Source of the DNA: Hemiscyllium ocellatum | Lineage: Eukaryota | NCBI RefSeq assembly: GCF_020745735.1 | Contig: NC_083427.1 | Span: forward strand, 2,015,438-2,079,437 | Direction of reading: 5' to 3' | DNA length: 64,000 bases | Shown here: piece after piece, positions 1 to 12,700 of the stretch | Position numbering within the stretch: the first letter of the stretch is position 1 | Layout of the letters: every line of letters begins with the position of its first letter | The notes under the pieces: model-generated | What the model saw: the letters and a program-made list of their open reading frames with translations, nothing else | What the model was told of the DNA's origin: nothing | Databases searched by the model: none | Made by a program: the position numbers and the translations under genes

Positions 1-420
1 AAAGTGCACCATCTCGCACTTATCAGGGATAATTACCATCTGCTGCAGATCTGACTATTTCAGCACCTTACTATATTTTCAAATAACCCACATGGATCTT
101 CACTATTGACCATTCAAACAAACGCGGTGTCTTCTGCACACTTGCTTCGTATCACCCCGACTTTTTTTATCTAAATTGTTTATGTATATAACGAACAATA
201 AGGGTCCTCCTCCTGATCCTTGTGATGTGTCTTTGCACTCAAGCCTTTAATTATTCAAACAGCCTTCTCACATTGCACTTTGTGGCCTATTGCTGAGTCA
301 GTTTCTGTACGTGCACGCCAAATTTCCCTCAAGTTTACGTACTTTAACCATCTCAATCAATCTCTAGTTAGGGGTCTTTCAAAAACTTTGCTACAATCCA
401 TGCATAAGTTACATCAACTA
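1..420 (-). mobile_element. Decayed CR1 LINE RT fragment
   Basis: Minus strand near 150-230 reads PQGSGGGPLLFVIYINNLDKK, a degenerate form of the CR1 RT motif [18 protein letters not shown]. Boundaries are approximate. Confidence 0.6.
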
Positions 421-724
421 AACTCTCGCTGTCTCGATACTTTATTGCACTTTCAAAATATTCTAACCAATATGATAGGTAAGACGTCACTCTGACAAAG
501 CCAAGCTGGCTATTCTATGCACTCTTTTGCTTGTTCTGACAACTATGCAATCTCCTCTGTGATGACCATCCTATGGTAGATCATTAATTCCTTCATTTGA
601 ATTCACTAAGTCTGATCACAAATGTGCTCAATATCTCACGAAAACCATAATATTACAGATACTTGACCTGAAATTTTTACTCAACGTGACTAATTTTGTG
701 TAAATATTCATCCATTAATTGCAG

Positions 725-882
725 ATGAGCCAGAAATAATGGAACACCCTGGAGACTATGGCATCGAAGAAAACGAAGTAGAAAATGTCGATGGAGATGC
801 CAACAGTTCCTTATCCATCATGACTTTCGTCATCCTGTTTATTCTCAGTATGCTATACAGCACATTTGTAACTGTGCTTAAG
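725..882 (+). CDS. Immunoglobulin heavy-chain transmembrane exon TM1 (IgNAR-like; IgW/IgM less likely)
   Basis: Acceptor ttgcAG ends at 724 with a phase-1 start, as expected for CH-to-TM splicing. Translation is (D)EPEIMEHPGDYGIEENEVENVDGDANSSLSIMTFVILFILSMLYSTFVTVLK, followed by donor AG|GTAATA at 883. An acidic spacer precedes the conserved antigen-receptor TM motif TF..LF.LS..YST.VT..K (compare IgM [20 protein letters not shown]). It lacks the W-T-T-x-S-T-F lead-in typical of IgM/IgW, so IgNAR is inferred by elimination. Confidence 0.92.
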
Positions 883-1462
883 GTAATAATGCATTTTTAC
901 AGCAGAATGACATTCAGCAAATCTACTGCATTCATAGCTGAGATGCGGTTAAGCAGCACATAATAACGTATGTAAATTTCAAGCAAACAGCTTATCCTGT
1001 ATAATGAATGATACTGAACTTGGGTGATTAACTGCCATTTTGAATAAATGTCCTCATTAGGACGTTTGCGCAGAGAAATGCAAACTCACATGATGAAATG
1101 TGGACTTAAATAACAAAAATGTGTCAGTAATCAAATAATGCCTAATAGTTAGTGTCGACTCATAACAGGACAGACAATGTTAATAAGAAAATAGTTTGTA
1201 TATATTTGTACTAAGCTGGACACGGTGAAATATATTGATACCTGTGGTTATAAAGGTAACTGAATAGATGGAAAGAAGCTCACAAATAATTGTTTCAAAT
1301 AATTCAAAATCTCCGTGAAGGAATGGGGAAACCATTACTTAATGATGGAGCAGTGACAGATCACTGTGAAAAGATGGGGAAAAAACATGGACATGAGAGG
1401 CGGCTTTACGTGTAAATTACAAGATTCGCTGATGCCTTTACAGGATAGAAGCAGAAAGGTTT

Positions 1463-1650
1463 AAAAATCACACCACACCAGCTTGTAGACCAAGAGGTTT
1501 ATTTGGAAGCATTAGCTTTTGGACCGCTGCTCCTATGAAAGAGCATTGCTTTGAAAGCTGGTATTTCCAAATGTACCTGGTGGACTATAAACCAATCTTG
1601 TGTGATTTTTAACTTTGTACACCTCCATCCAACACCGGCTCCTTCACGTA
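1463..1650. mobile_element. Penelope-derived fold-back (inverted-repeat) element with degenerate hammerhead remnants, in the TM1-TM2 intron
   Basis: Left arm aaaaatcacaccacaccagcttgtagaccaagaggtttatttggaagcattagc is inverted relative to the right arm gctggtatttccaaatgtacctggtggactataaaccaatcttgtgtgattttt (ends 1610). A Penelope 3' tail aactttgtacacctccatccaacaccggc follows. Confidence 0.65.
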
Positions 1651-1929
1651 ATGCAGAAAACTTGTTTGTCCTGATGGTAGAGAAATACATACACAGAACA
1701 CACAAAAGGAACTTCAATACTTTGAGTCTGCACCAACCTAACTACTCTGATCCTACTTTCAGCCATTTGCGTGAAATGTGATGATACTTGAAGTGATCAT
1801 CCACGTTCACAGTTAAATATTATAACGTTTCTCGCTTTTACTACACTCCGAGGCAATGCACTCCAGAAGCCCACCACTGCCCGAATAAATATTGCATAAA
1901 ATTCATTCTAACACGCGTTCCAAAGAAAA

Positions 1930-2760
1930 CTGAACAAAGAAAATTTACAGCCCAGGAATAGACACTTGGATCCGGCAAGCCTGAGCCGATGCAAATTTGC
2001 TTTCTAATTCCTTATCATCTGTGTCCGTCTACTCCCCACCTACTCATGCATTTGTGTAGGCCCATCTTGAATGAATCTACCGTGCCTGCCTCTCCCACCT
2101 ATCTCTGTTGGCAACGTCTTCCAAACGCCCACCACCCTCTGTGTGAAGTACCTACCGCGTGAAACCACCATAAACTTTCCACTTCGCACCTTGAAAGTAC
2201 CACCTCTCGTTCTTGAATCTTTCACCCTCGGAAAAAGCTTGTCGGTATTCACCCTGTCTGTACCCTTCATGATTTTGTAAACCTCAATCAGGTCCCTCCT
2301 CAAACTCTTTTTTCTAATGAAAATGAACCTGACCTACTCCACCTTTCTTCATAGCTTGCACCTTCCATACTACGCAATATCCTCGTAAAACTTCTCTGCA
2401 CCCTCTGCAAAGCGCACACATCCTTTTGCTAACTTGGCGATCAGAACTGCACACATGTTTCTAAATGCAGCCGAATCAATGTGTTGAGCAATGTTAACAT
2501 GACTTGCCAGCTCTTATAATCAATACTCCTTCCAATGAAGGCAAGCATACTATAGTCTTCTTGACCACTCTATCCACCTGTGCATCAACCTTCAGGGTAC
2601 AATGGACCTGCGCTCGCAGATTTCTCTGCCCAACAACCTTTCCCAAGGTTCATTGTATATTTCGCTCGAGAGTTGGTCTTGCCCAAATGCATCACCTCAC
2701 ATTTTTTTGGATTGAAATCCATTTGCCACTTTTCCTCCCAACTCTCCCTTTTCCGTTTAT
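1930..2760 (-). mobile_element. CR1 LINE 3' fragment
   Basis: ORF 2040-2303 RRDLIEVYKIMKG...SRTRG...YFTQRVVGVWKTLP and ORF 2585-2770 KWQMDFNPKKCEVMHLGK are typical CR1 ORF2 C-terminal motifs. Confidence 0.9.
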
Positions 2761-2859
2761 ATTCAAACATGTCCCTTGCTTACTGAACCCTCAACTGAAG
2801 GAAACAGCATTTTCACACCTACCCTGTCCATGCCACTTATAGTCACTACACCTCAATCA

Positions 2860-3100
2860 CGTTCATAATCTGCTTTTTTCTGTTGTGAAGAAAGCAATCA
2901 GGATGCATATAGTATCTGTTCATATCGAGAGCTCTCCATTTCTGGTTAATCTTCTCCAAACTCCTTCCAGTTCAGAAATATCCTTCATCCAGTTTTCTAA
3001 CAGTACTGCAGACAGCTGTGTTCTCACCAAGATTTTGGTCAGCTTCAACATAACCGTCCTGGTCTTACATGTATACAATACATTCTGATAAATGCAAGGG
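2860..3100 (-). mobile_element. CR1 LINE fragment
   Basis: ORF 2920-3147 contains TVMLKLTKILVRTQL...KDISELEGVWRRLTR, degenerate for LYKTLVRPHLEY...KDI..LERVQRRFTR. Confidence 0.7.
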
Positions 3101-3569
3101 CCTGGAATGCCTTCTTGAAATGAAAGTGGCCCTTGACATGCACACAAATTGGAGGAGCCGACTTCAACATCTCCAACACCCTGTATTTGAAAAAAGAAAA
3201 AGGTTTTTCACATCACTCTCTAATATGTTAGCACCAAGTAATACTATTATCTCTCATCCTTCTGTACCTTGTGACCATTACCATCCTTTTCACCATTATA
3301 TAACGACGATGGAGTTACCAGTTCAACACTTCGGTTTCATGCATCTCAAGTGTTATCTTGTTTCACTGCATTTCTCTCAGAACTAATCTCAGCCTCCCCG
3401 AGTAATTTATCTTTAACAGAAATTCACCATGATCACTGCAACTAGCCAGCATCCATTTGATGTTTTTAGGCACGACTTCATTCTGTTGATTCTGTGCTAT
3501 GCAGGCTCTATGACTAATGTAATAATAACAGAATGTCCTACTCGTTGTGTCTCAAACACTGCCTTAATC

Positions 3570-3730
3570 TATCAAACAAATACAAATGCAGAAGTTCTGA
3601 AGAAAGGCTACTGCACCAACACTGTCAAATGTACTTTCTTTCGACAGATGCTGCCAGACCCGCGGAGATTTTCCATCAATTCCTCTTTTTCTTTCTGACT
3701 TACTGTATCCACAGACGTTTAGTTTTTGTT
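3570..3730 (+). mobile_element. Decayed Penelope-like 3' end (pseudo-LTR) fragment
   Basis: ttctgaagaaaggc...gacagatgctgccagacccgcggagattttccatc resembles the shark PLE 3' terminus (..cagatgctgccagacctgctgagtttttccagc). Confidence 0.5.
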
Positions 3731-4712
3731 TACATTGATTAAAATGTTTTGACTCAGAAAAAAAAAGAATTCCTGCATGACAGTTGGTTGTTTAGGAAAT
3801 AGGTGGAAACCTCATTTCACCGGGCACCAGATTATAGTAGAGGAGGTTTCAGAGGTTTTTTTGGAAGTGTTCAAGGTGTATGCAAGAGCCTTATTATTAT
3901 ATTTAATTTTAACCTTTTGTATTTGAAATAAAGCACACATATATAATGTGTCATCAGTTAATTATTTCAGGTTTGCGAGAGCATGGAAAACAGATTATCC
4001 TGGAATTTCCTGTAGAAAATTTCGAAATTTGATTCTCAACAATTTGTAGTTATATGCTGCAGGATGTGCTTTTACAGTTTTCCTTTAACTGACCTCTGAA
4101 ACATATTGTTGGCACAGCATTACTGAACCAGTGATCACGGTGTCAACTGTTTTCATTGAGGCCGTTTCAAGTTTCTGGCAGGAGGACGCTGTAGAATGAA
4201 AATTAATTCAATCAGCGTAAGAACAGGAACTTTTAATTTGTTGATGTTTTGAAATCAAACTTGATCTGTCTTCATCAACTGCAAAACAAACCTGACATTT
4301 GCCCTCAGGGGCCATGATCTACCTTTATTTGTACTCATTTGATTTGCTAAATCACCAGATAATTTGTCTCCTGTGCAACTGAACTTAATTTTCTCTGAAA
4401 ACATGAATCTATTCTCCATTTGTCTTTCTTACTAGTCTAAATTGCTCTGTGTTCTTTCCATACTAGAAGGCATGTCTAACCTGAAAGAATTGACTGATGA
4501 CACATTTTATATGCGTGCTTTATTTAAAATACAAGAGATTAATATTAAAAATTATAACCTCGGCGTGATCTTTTGTTAAAAGTTACCAGATCATATTCCA
4601 GATGTCCCAACTTCATACAAATCGTCTGTTTTTGCCTTTTTGCATATGCTTTAGAATTCGAAATGTTTTTATACATTTCTTATCATAATTATTGCACTTG
4701 TTCTCCCTGCAG

Positions 4713-4721
4713 GTGAACTGA
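4713..4721 (+). CDS. Ig heavy-chain TM2 exon coding part (Val-Asn-stop; cytoplasmic tail K-V-N)
   Basis: Strong acceptor cacttgttctccctgcAG (4711-4712) followed by GTG AAC TGA. Phase 0 matches the TM1 donor. This parallels the classic TM2 exon GTG AAG TGA (KVK tail). Confidence 0.82.
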   Translation: MN

Positions 4722-7700
4722 CATCCACTATTGAATATAATTAAATCTGATTTCATTGAAAGCTTGTGAATGAAACTCCAGCAGATGCTAATCGCAAATC
4801 TCATTGAATTGTTTTTTGCTCTCAACTATTTTGACTGCTCCACGGCATCACTTCAATTTGTAATCCTTCTTACTCTCAACTCAGGACTGGGAACTGCTCG
4901 CACATTTTTCATCATTAATGTTTGCCATCACGCTTTTTTTAAGTATTGATGTTAAGGAAATTCTTTGTAACTGCTTCAGACTGAGGAACTTGCACTTCCC
5001 CAATTTAATAAGCTGAAGACAAATCTTTGAAAGTTGACAATTGTTGGTAACATTTTGAAAATTTGATGTGTATCTAATGTAACTCGCCTGTTAGAGATAT
5101 TTTCGATATATATTTGTGAATAGTAAAGAGCAACTTTAAGAACAGACATGCCATCAAGCATAGAATGCTTACCCAAGAGCAAGAGATAGATGACAGAAGT
5201 CCAAAACTTGAGCATAAAATCAAAAAATGCATCATCCAAAAATTGTGTTTGAAATGACTTGAAAACAAACCTAAAAGCTTGAACGATTTTCTCCCCACTA
5301 TTGTTCACTAATAATCTGCCAGCGCGGAATGAAGAATTCCTCTGTTTTTTTTTTAAAATTTGCTAAATACTAAGGCTATCTGTGCTGAATGTGAGCAATC
5401 GTATCGTTTGCTTGAACTATCGAAGGCAATGTTTGAAAATATCTTCAGGGTATTTTAAGATACAGAGCCATGAGAGCACTTAATTAAAAAATCTTGGAGG
5501 AGCATTCAATTGTATTCCACCTTAACACAGTCCCAGGATTTCACATTCTTGTAGAAATCTAATGGGTACTGTGCACTGCCATTACTGTCAGTAACAACAT
5601 ATATGTGGAAAAGTGTTCCAAATATGATTACGTTTTCAAACCATTATTACGAATTTCATCAAAATTGTTATAATAGTGGCTGGAAATCAAATTGACGAAG
5701 GGCTATTTTTCAACATAGTTTAAAACGATTCATTAAGTCTCTCTACTGTCAAACGCAAAAGAACGTCAAATCGACACAAGATGGTCTGCATAATCATAGC
5801 TAGAAAGCAAATGCAGGATTTATCTGCTGTTTATCCAGCTGCAAACCTAACAAGTTGCAATGAAAATGATTAATTATAAGAGAATAAATCTCGTTTTGAA
5901 TGCATCAGAGATTTACTCTTGAAATGAATAGGCCATTCCAAACCTTGCAACATATTTGTCATTTGCTTGCTCAGTATCTTATACTGTATTCCCACGTGTT
6001 TCTGAGACTTTGAATTGACTTCATTGACAAGACTGTCATCCTTGTGATTTTCAAATGAAAAACGTAGTGTCTGAAACAGTCGAAACTCGCACTCAGTTCC
6101 ACGAACTGTGGAAATGAAATGCTGCCACCAATACATGTCCCTGTTGTGTATTCATTTCGTTACTGCTTTTATATTCTTCAACGTAGAGGTGTGAAATGTG
6201 CTTGCTCTTTTGTGATCCATGTTGATATTCATTTATTTTGCTGAAACTCTGGTTTAAAGACGAACATGTGGTTTCGAATTTCAATGTTATTCATTTTGTT
6301 CCAATGACTACGTCAATAATTGCCTACGTTAGATTTATAAATGGTGTTCTTTTTGCAAGTAAAATATAAAAAATCAAATTTTAAATAAACAACCGGTGTT
6401 GAGGGCTCTATTCATTTACTTTCAATGTTTCCTGCCGATAGGAAAGTCAGATCGAATGGAAATTGTCTCCTGTGAAGGACGCAGCATTGACACTACCAGC
6501 TCTTAATTCCCATCTACAATTCCTCCTTGCGAGATTATTGTTTTTAATCTGCTCCAATCTACTTTACATAGGGGACTGCACAAAACATGCCTGGATGGCA
6601 AGTGAATCGAGGGGAATTGGCAAGCACTGGTTGAACCCATGCTTACGAATGACCTTGTATTTCCAGACAGTAGAGCAACGTGGTTCTGAATTCATCACAT
6701 AACAAAGAAGCGGGATAGAAAGTCATTGAATTAGTGTCGCGGATTTTAGCAATCAGATGCATCATAGTCTTCAGTTCTTCATTGTTCATGAAAGACAGAA
6801 ATAATTATATCTAACTGTATAGACTTGGAAGCTCGATTCATTAAAAAAAAAGGAAAAAAATGAGCAGATCTTGATACCTTTGCATTGGAATTTATGGCCT
6901 AGTGTGGAAATAATTATTATAATGCTTATGAATCCAATTGGCTTTATCATTAGTAGTAGACAGGGATTTGACATTGTGCAGTGAATGATCCCTGATTTCC
7001 CAATTTTGAAGGTACAGATCTATAAATTTGGTCTTTACTGAGATACCACTATCTCGGGCCGATATTGAAAATTATTGTTACAATGGCTTTTAAACGACCT
7101 AATAAGATGTTACCCCAAAATGTTACTGCAATTAACCACATTGTCAATTTTCAGTGGCCTGAGACACATCGTCGATTTTCAGTGCCACATCTTGCAATGG
7201 CAAGCAAGGGTGAGAGTCCTAAGATCGCTTGGCATCATTGCGTAGATCATTCTTAACGTAATCCCTCACAAACTCAAATCTGTAATTTAAGACAGACCTC
7301 ACATAAGGTGCTTTCAATGTCCTAAATTTTGCAAAAACAGCTTCTTTTCATGCATTTCCTGAGTAATGCAATGCCTCAAAAGCTCTTGTAACGAAGCATT
7401 AGGAAAGATGAAAATGGTGTTAGTCTACAAAATCAAATTTGAGTCAATGGTTTACAATAGTTATTGACTATGCATTCCTTCAAACATCGTCAACATTGTG
7501 GGAACAGTTCAAAATCGTCAACATTACACATGAAATAGCTTCACTCCCTTTCATATTGTCGAAAAATATGGGCACAAGTGACATAACATTGGGATTGCGA
7601 GAAGTGATTTTAATACCTTACAGAGCCCAAGAAAAAAACACTTGCAAAACAATTGAATGGTTAACATTAAATTCAAAAGCCTGAAAACAGCGCAAAAATT

Positions 7701-8699
7701 TCAAGGAACAGTAGGAACAGTGAGGTTGAATCTTGCATACTGTGTCCCTGATTTGTGTGATGGTCAGAATATGCTAATCTTTGTCTGGTTTCACCGGTAT
7801 GCTTCTTACGAATTATACAAGACAAAAGAAATCCTGCCAGCATGTTTTCGTGCATAACCTCTTCCCTCACTTATCGCAGTCATACGGGCGAATTCAATTG
7901 TGTAATTCAGAAGTGAAACTCAATTGAAAGATTTCAGCTTTTTATCTAAGGAGAAAACTTGAAGCCATGTTGTTTCTATAATTCGAAACTAAGCGATACT
8001 TAATGGATTTCCCGCAGAAAATTGCACAGTGCAGCACGATGAGAAATCAGTGTATGTTTTGCCGTCTTGGTACACTTCTGGAAAGGAGAATGGGTTCATG
8101 TCACAGCATTTCACGCCACCTAGAGAATAACGCTAGCTATTGCATGTCCGAGGAAACAGAGGCAACATCTCAGATTGGACAGACAATACTTTTGTTAATT
8201 TAGATCGCAAAAAAAGTCTCACAAAAGAAAAAGTTTAAGACCTTAATTCTGGACACCTTGACAACTTCGATAACACGGATTCATCGATTTGAAGTTCCCA
8301 GGAACCGCCACCTTTTGAGAGTTAATGCACAATGTGTGTGGCAGTTGTTTCCAAATTCACTCCAGAATGGCCTGTGCATGATTTAAACTATTACTGGCTT
8401 ATACATGTATCCTGCAAAATAATTGACATAGCGAAGTCAAATCTGCTGCTTACAAATAATCATCAATCTAATATGTATAAGGGATCACTACAAATCCCTC
8501 TAATCTTAAAAGAGCGCACACAGGCCTTTTTTCAAAATTTATGTATTTGAATACTGCTCCCATTGTACTACGTTTGGATCATCGAGGTTCAAGACAGACC
8601 TTTTGGAGAGGCATGTACGTGGGTGGCTAGTTTATTTTTCTGGAAAATTATATGCATAGAATTTATGTTGATTTAATCATTGCTAAAGACATTTGTTTT

Positions 8700-9470
8700 A
8701 AATTGTGGATGCGAGTTTGTTTTACGTGGTGTAGTGTTTATGGAGTCTTTGGAGAGTCCGATGATTTGACAACTCTGCAGTGAGTTCCTTTATTTTGAAT
8801 CAGAAGTTTGAAAGCTGTGTGCTGGAACATTTGAGCAGGAGCAATTTTTCCTCAATCCTTTAACTCAGCGGTTGATTTTATTTAAAATTCTCACGCCTGA
8901 TTTTTAAAAGTTCTTAATTTCTGTATGCCCGATGTTAACTCTTTGATGCAGAAAAGTCGTTTATTTTGTGTTAAAGTGTCATTTTAAATTGCTTCTTTTC
9001 CGACTTAATAACGTTCAGCTCATGCAAGAGACACAGAGATGCCAGGCTAATTGATTTGGAGAAGTGATTAAAGTGCAGGCTACTCAGAGAGATGGGTGAC
9101 TGTCACGAAAGGTAAGAAGCCACTTCAGAAGTCTTTTGAGATTGTTACCTACACAATTAAATTCATAGTTATGGTCTCCGCTAGGAAAATTGATGAGACA
9201 GTCAAACTTTGGACTCAAGGCAAGTGTCTTATGTTCGGCAGTGTTTGAGAAAATTTAAAGCAATCATTATCAAGGGATTGTCCCGTCAGGTGCATAGACA
9301 GATTATTCTGCAATTATAACCTGAATTTAGGATCGAAGGATGCTTTCCTAATCTGAGGAATCAGGAGATCTCAAAATGTTTGAAGCATATCATTAAAGGG
9401 GAGCGTGAAAAATCGTAAGTTATTGCACGTATTTGTAGGAATAACATATTTAAGGCTTCACAGAGTGAAT
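8700..9470 (+). mobile_element. Very decayed CR1 ORF1 (SGNH-esterase) remnant
   Basis: About 9390-9455 reads HIKGEREKS*VIARICRNNI, similar to ILKGEGEQPEVVVHIGTNDI of CR1 ORF1. It contains stops and frameshifts. Confidence 0.45.
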
Positions 9471-9714
9471 GTGACAGGTTAGGTAGAAGATGAAAAAAAT
9501 AACGTCACAAGTAGGATTCACTGGTTTGCTCAAACAATGGAAAAAAATAAAAGGATGAAGGAGATAAGTTAATGTCTGTAGAGGGTATCATGTTCAGGGG
9601 TTTAGGTTCTTAGACCCTTGGCTTCTCTTTTTGGGGCAGAAAAGACCTGTTTGTCAATTATATTAAGGGATCCTGCAAACTACTAAAGAAAAGAGGTGAA
9701 GGAAGGCAAAGTAG

Positions 9715-9797
9715 CAGACTTCTGTTATGAATACTGACAGCGGAGATCCTATGGGTGTGCCGTTGTTTTGTTTGCAGACTATGTTGTTGAAAGTGAA
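9715..9797 (-). mobile_element. Penelope RT fragment (distal part of an inverted arm split by a CR1 insertion)
   Basis: Minus strand reads FTFNNIVCKQNNGTPIGSPLSVFITEV, the PLE RT motif B region. It directly continues ...LCLTTHF(T) at 13174-13200. Confidence 0.75.
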
Positions 9798-12700
9798 CAT
9801 AGAACATAGAAAAATACAGCACAGTACAGGCCATTTGGCCCTCGATGTTGCGCCGATCCAAGCCCACCTAACCTCCACTAGCCCACTCTCCTCCATTTGC
9901 CTAACCAATGCCCGTTTAAATGTCCATAAAGAGGGAGAGTCGACCACTGCTACTGGTAGGGCATTCCATGATCTCACGACTCTCTGAGTAAAGAATCTGT
10001 CATCTGTTCTATACCTGCCACCCCTTAATTTAAAGCTATGCCCCCTCGTAATAGTTGGCTCCATACGTGGAAAAAGTTTCTCATGGTCAACCCTTTCTAA
10101 ACCCCTAATCATCTTGTACCCATCTATCAAGTCACCCCTAAACCTTCTTTTCACCAATGAAAATAGCCCCAAGTGCCTCAGCCTTTCCTCATACGATCTT
10201 CCTACCATACCAGGCAACATCCTGGTAAACCTCCTCTGCACCCGTTCCAGTGACTCCACATCCTTCCTATAGTATGGCGATCAAAACTGCACACAATCCT
10301 CCAGATGCGGCCGCACCAGAGTCTTATACAATTGTAACATGACCTCAGGACTCTGGAACTCAATTCCTCCACCAAGAAAAGCTAGTACGCCATATGCCTT
10401 CTTCACAGCACTATTTACGTGGGTGGCAACTTTCAGAGATCTGTGTACGTGGACACCAAGATCCCTCTGCTCAACCACACTACCAAGTATCCGACTATTA
10501 GCCCAGTGTCCCACCTTCTTGTTACTCTTACCAAAGTTAATCAATTCACACTTCCGTACATTGAACGCCATTTGCCACCTTTCTGCCCAGCTCTGCAGCT
10601 TTATTATATCCCGCTGTAACCTGCCAATCCTTCCTCACTGTCAACAACTCCACCGACTTTGGTATCATCCGCAAACTTTCTCACACAACCTTCTAGCCCC
10701 TCCTCCAGGTCATTTATAAAAATGACAAACAGGAATGGTCCCAAAACAGATCCTTGCGGAACACCGCTAGTAACTGCACTCCAAGATGAATCTTTACCAG
10801 CAACTACTCCCCTCTGTCTTCGTCCAGCCAGCCAATTCCTAATCAAAACCTCCAACTCACCCTCAATGCCATATCTCCGTATATTTTTGTACTAGCCTAC
10901 CATGGGGAAGCTTATCAAACGCCTTACGAAAATCCATATACACCACATCTACCGCTTTACCCTCGTCCACCTCCTTAGTCAACTTCTCAAAGAATTCAAT
11001 AAGGTTTGTGAGGCACGACCTGCCCTTCACAAAATAATGCTGACTATCCTTGATCACATCATTCCTATCCAGATGTTCATAAATCCTATCCCTTACAATT
11101 CTCTCTAAGACTTTGCCCACAACAGAAGTGACACTCACCGGCCTTTAGTTACTGGGGTCATCCCTACTCCCCTTCTTGAACGAGGGAACCACATTTGCTA
11201 TCCTCCAGTCTTCTGGCACTATTCCTGTCGACAACGAGGACATAAAAATCAGGGCCAATGGCTCTGCAATGTCCTCCCTTGCTTCCCAGGGAATCCTAGG
11301 ATAAATACCATCAGGCCCAGGGGACTTACCTATTTTCACCCTTTCCAGAATTTCCAACACGTCTTCCCTAAATACCTCAAAACCATCCATTCTAATTAAT
11401 TGTGACTCAATATTCACATCGGCAACAATATCCTGTTCCTGAGTGAATACTGACGAAAAGTATTCATTCAGTGTCTCCCCAATCTCTTCAGCCTCCACAC
11501 GCAACTTCCCACTACTATCCTTAACTGGACCTATTCCTATCCTAGTCATTATTTTATTCCTGACATGCCTATAGAAAGCCTTTGGGTTTTCCCAAAATCA
11601 ACCAACCAAGGAATTTTCATGTCCCATCCTTGCTGTTCTTCGCGCACTATTTAGATCCTTCCTGGCTACCTTATAACTCTCAATCCCCCCAATTGAACAT
11701 TCACTCCTCATCTTTACATAGGCCGCCCTCTTCCCTTTAACAAGGGATTCCAATTCCTTATTAAACCACGGCTCCCTCACACGACCCTTTCCTCCCTGCC
11801 TGACAGGTACATACTTATCAAGGACACTCAATAGTTGCCCCTTGAACAAGCTCCACATATCGATTGCGCCCTTCCCTTGAAGCCTACTTTTCCAAGCCAC
11901 ACATCCTAAGTAATGCCTCACTGCATCATAATTTCCCTGTCCCAGCTATAACTGTTGCCCTGCAGTGCACACTTATCCCTCTCCATCACTAGAGTAAAAG
12001 TCACCGATTTGCGGTCACTGTCCCCAAAGTGGTCACCTACCTCCAATTATAACAACTGGCCTGGTTTGTTCCCCAGAACCAAATCCAGTATAGCCTCACC
12101 ACTTGTTGGTCTGTCTACATATTGTGTCAGGAAACCCTCCTGCACACATTGGACAAACACCAACTCATCTAACGTACTCTAGCTATAGCTTTCCCAGTCA
12201 ATATCTGGAAAGTTAAAGTCCCCCATAACAACCACCCTATTACTTTCGCTCTTCTCCTGAATCATTCTCGCAATCCTTTCTTCTACGTCACTAGGACTAT
12301 GAGGAGGCCTGTAGAAAACTCCTAACAGGGTGACCTCACCTTTCCTATTTCTAACCTCAGCCCAAACTACCTCAGATGGCGAGTCTTCATCCATCATCCT
12401 TTCCACCACTGTAATACTATCTTTGACAAGCAATGCCACACATCCCCCTCTTTTACCCCCACCTCCGACACTACTAAGATATTTAAACCCTGGAAACTGC
12501 AACAGCCAATCCTGTCCCTGTTCTTCCCATGTCTCCATAATCGCCACAACATCGAAATCCCAGGTACAAACCCGCGCTGCAAGTTCACATACCTTATTTC
12601 GTATACCTCTCGCATTGAAGTATACACACTTCAAGCCACCTTCCTGTTTACAGGCACCCACCTTCGAGATTGATGGCATGTTCCTAACCTCCCTACACTC

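Noticed and set aside
3971-4015. Alternative TM2 candidate atttcAG|GTT TGC GAG...TAG (VCESMENRLSWNFL*)
   Set aside because: It has a weaker pyrimidine tract and no resemblance to Ig TM2; 4713 fits the canonical V-x-stop pattern.
8025-8031. CACAGTG heptamer (others near 37000, 42447, 49925, 55702, 55832)
   Set aside because: None has an ACAAAAACC-like nonamer at 12 or 23 nt, and several lie inside LINEs.
9663-10259. 198-aa ORF that looks like a novel fusion protein
   Set aside because: It is an artefact of CR1 ORF2 reading through its 3' UTR into the Penelope fragment it inserted into.
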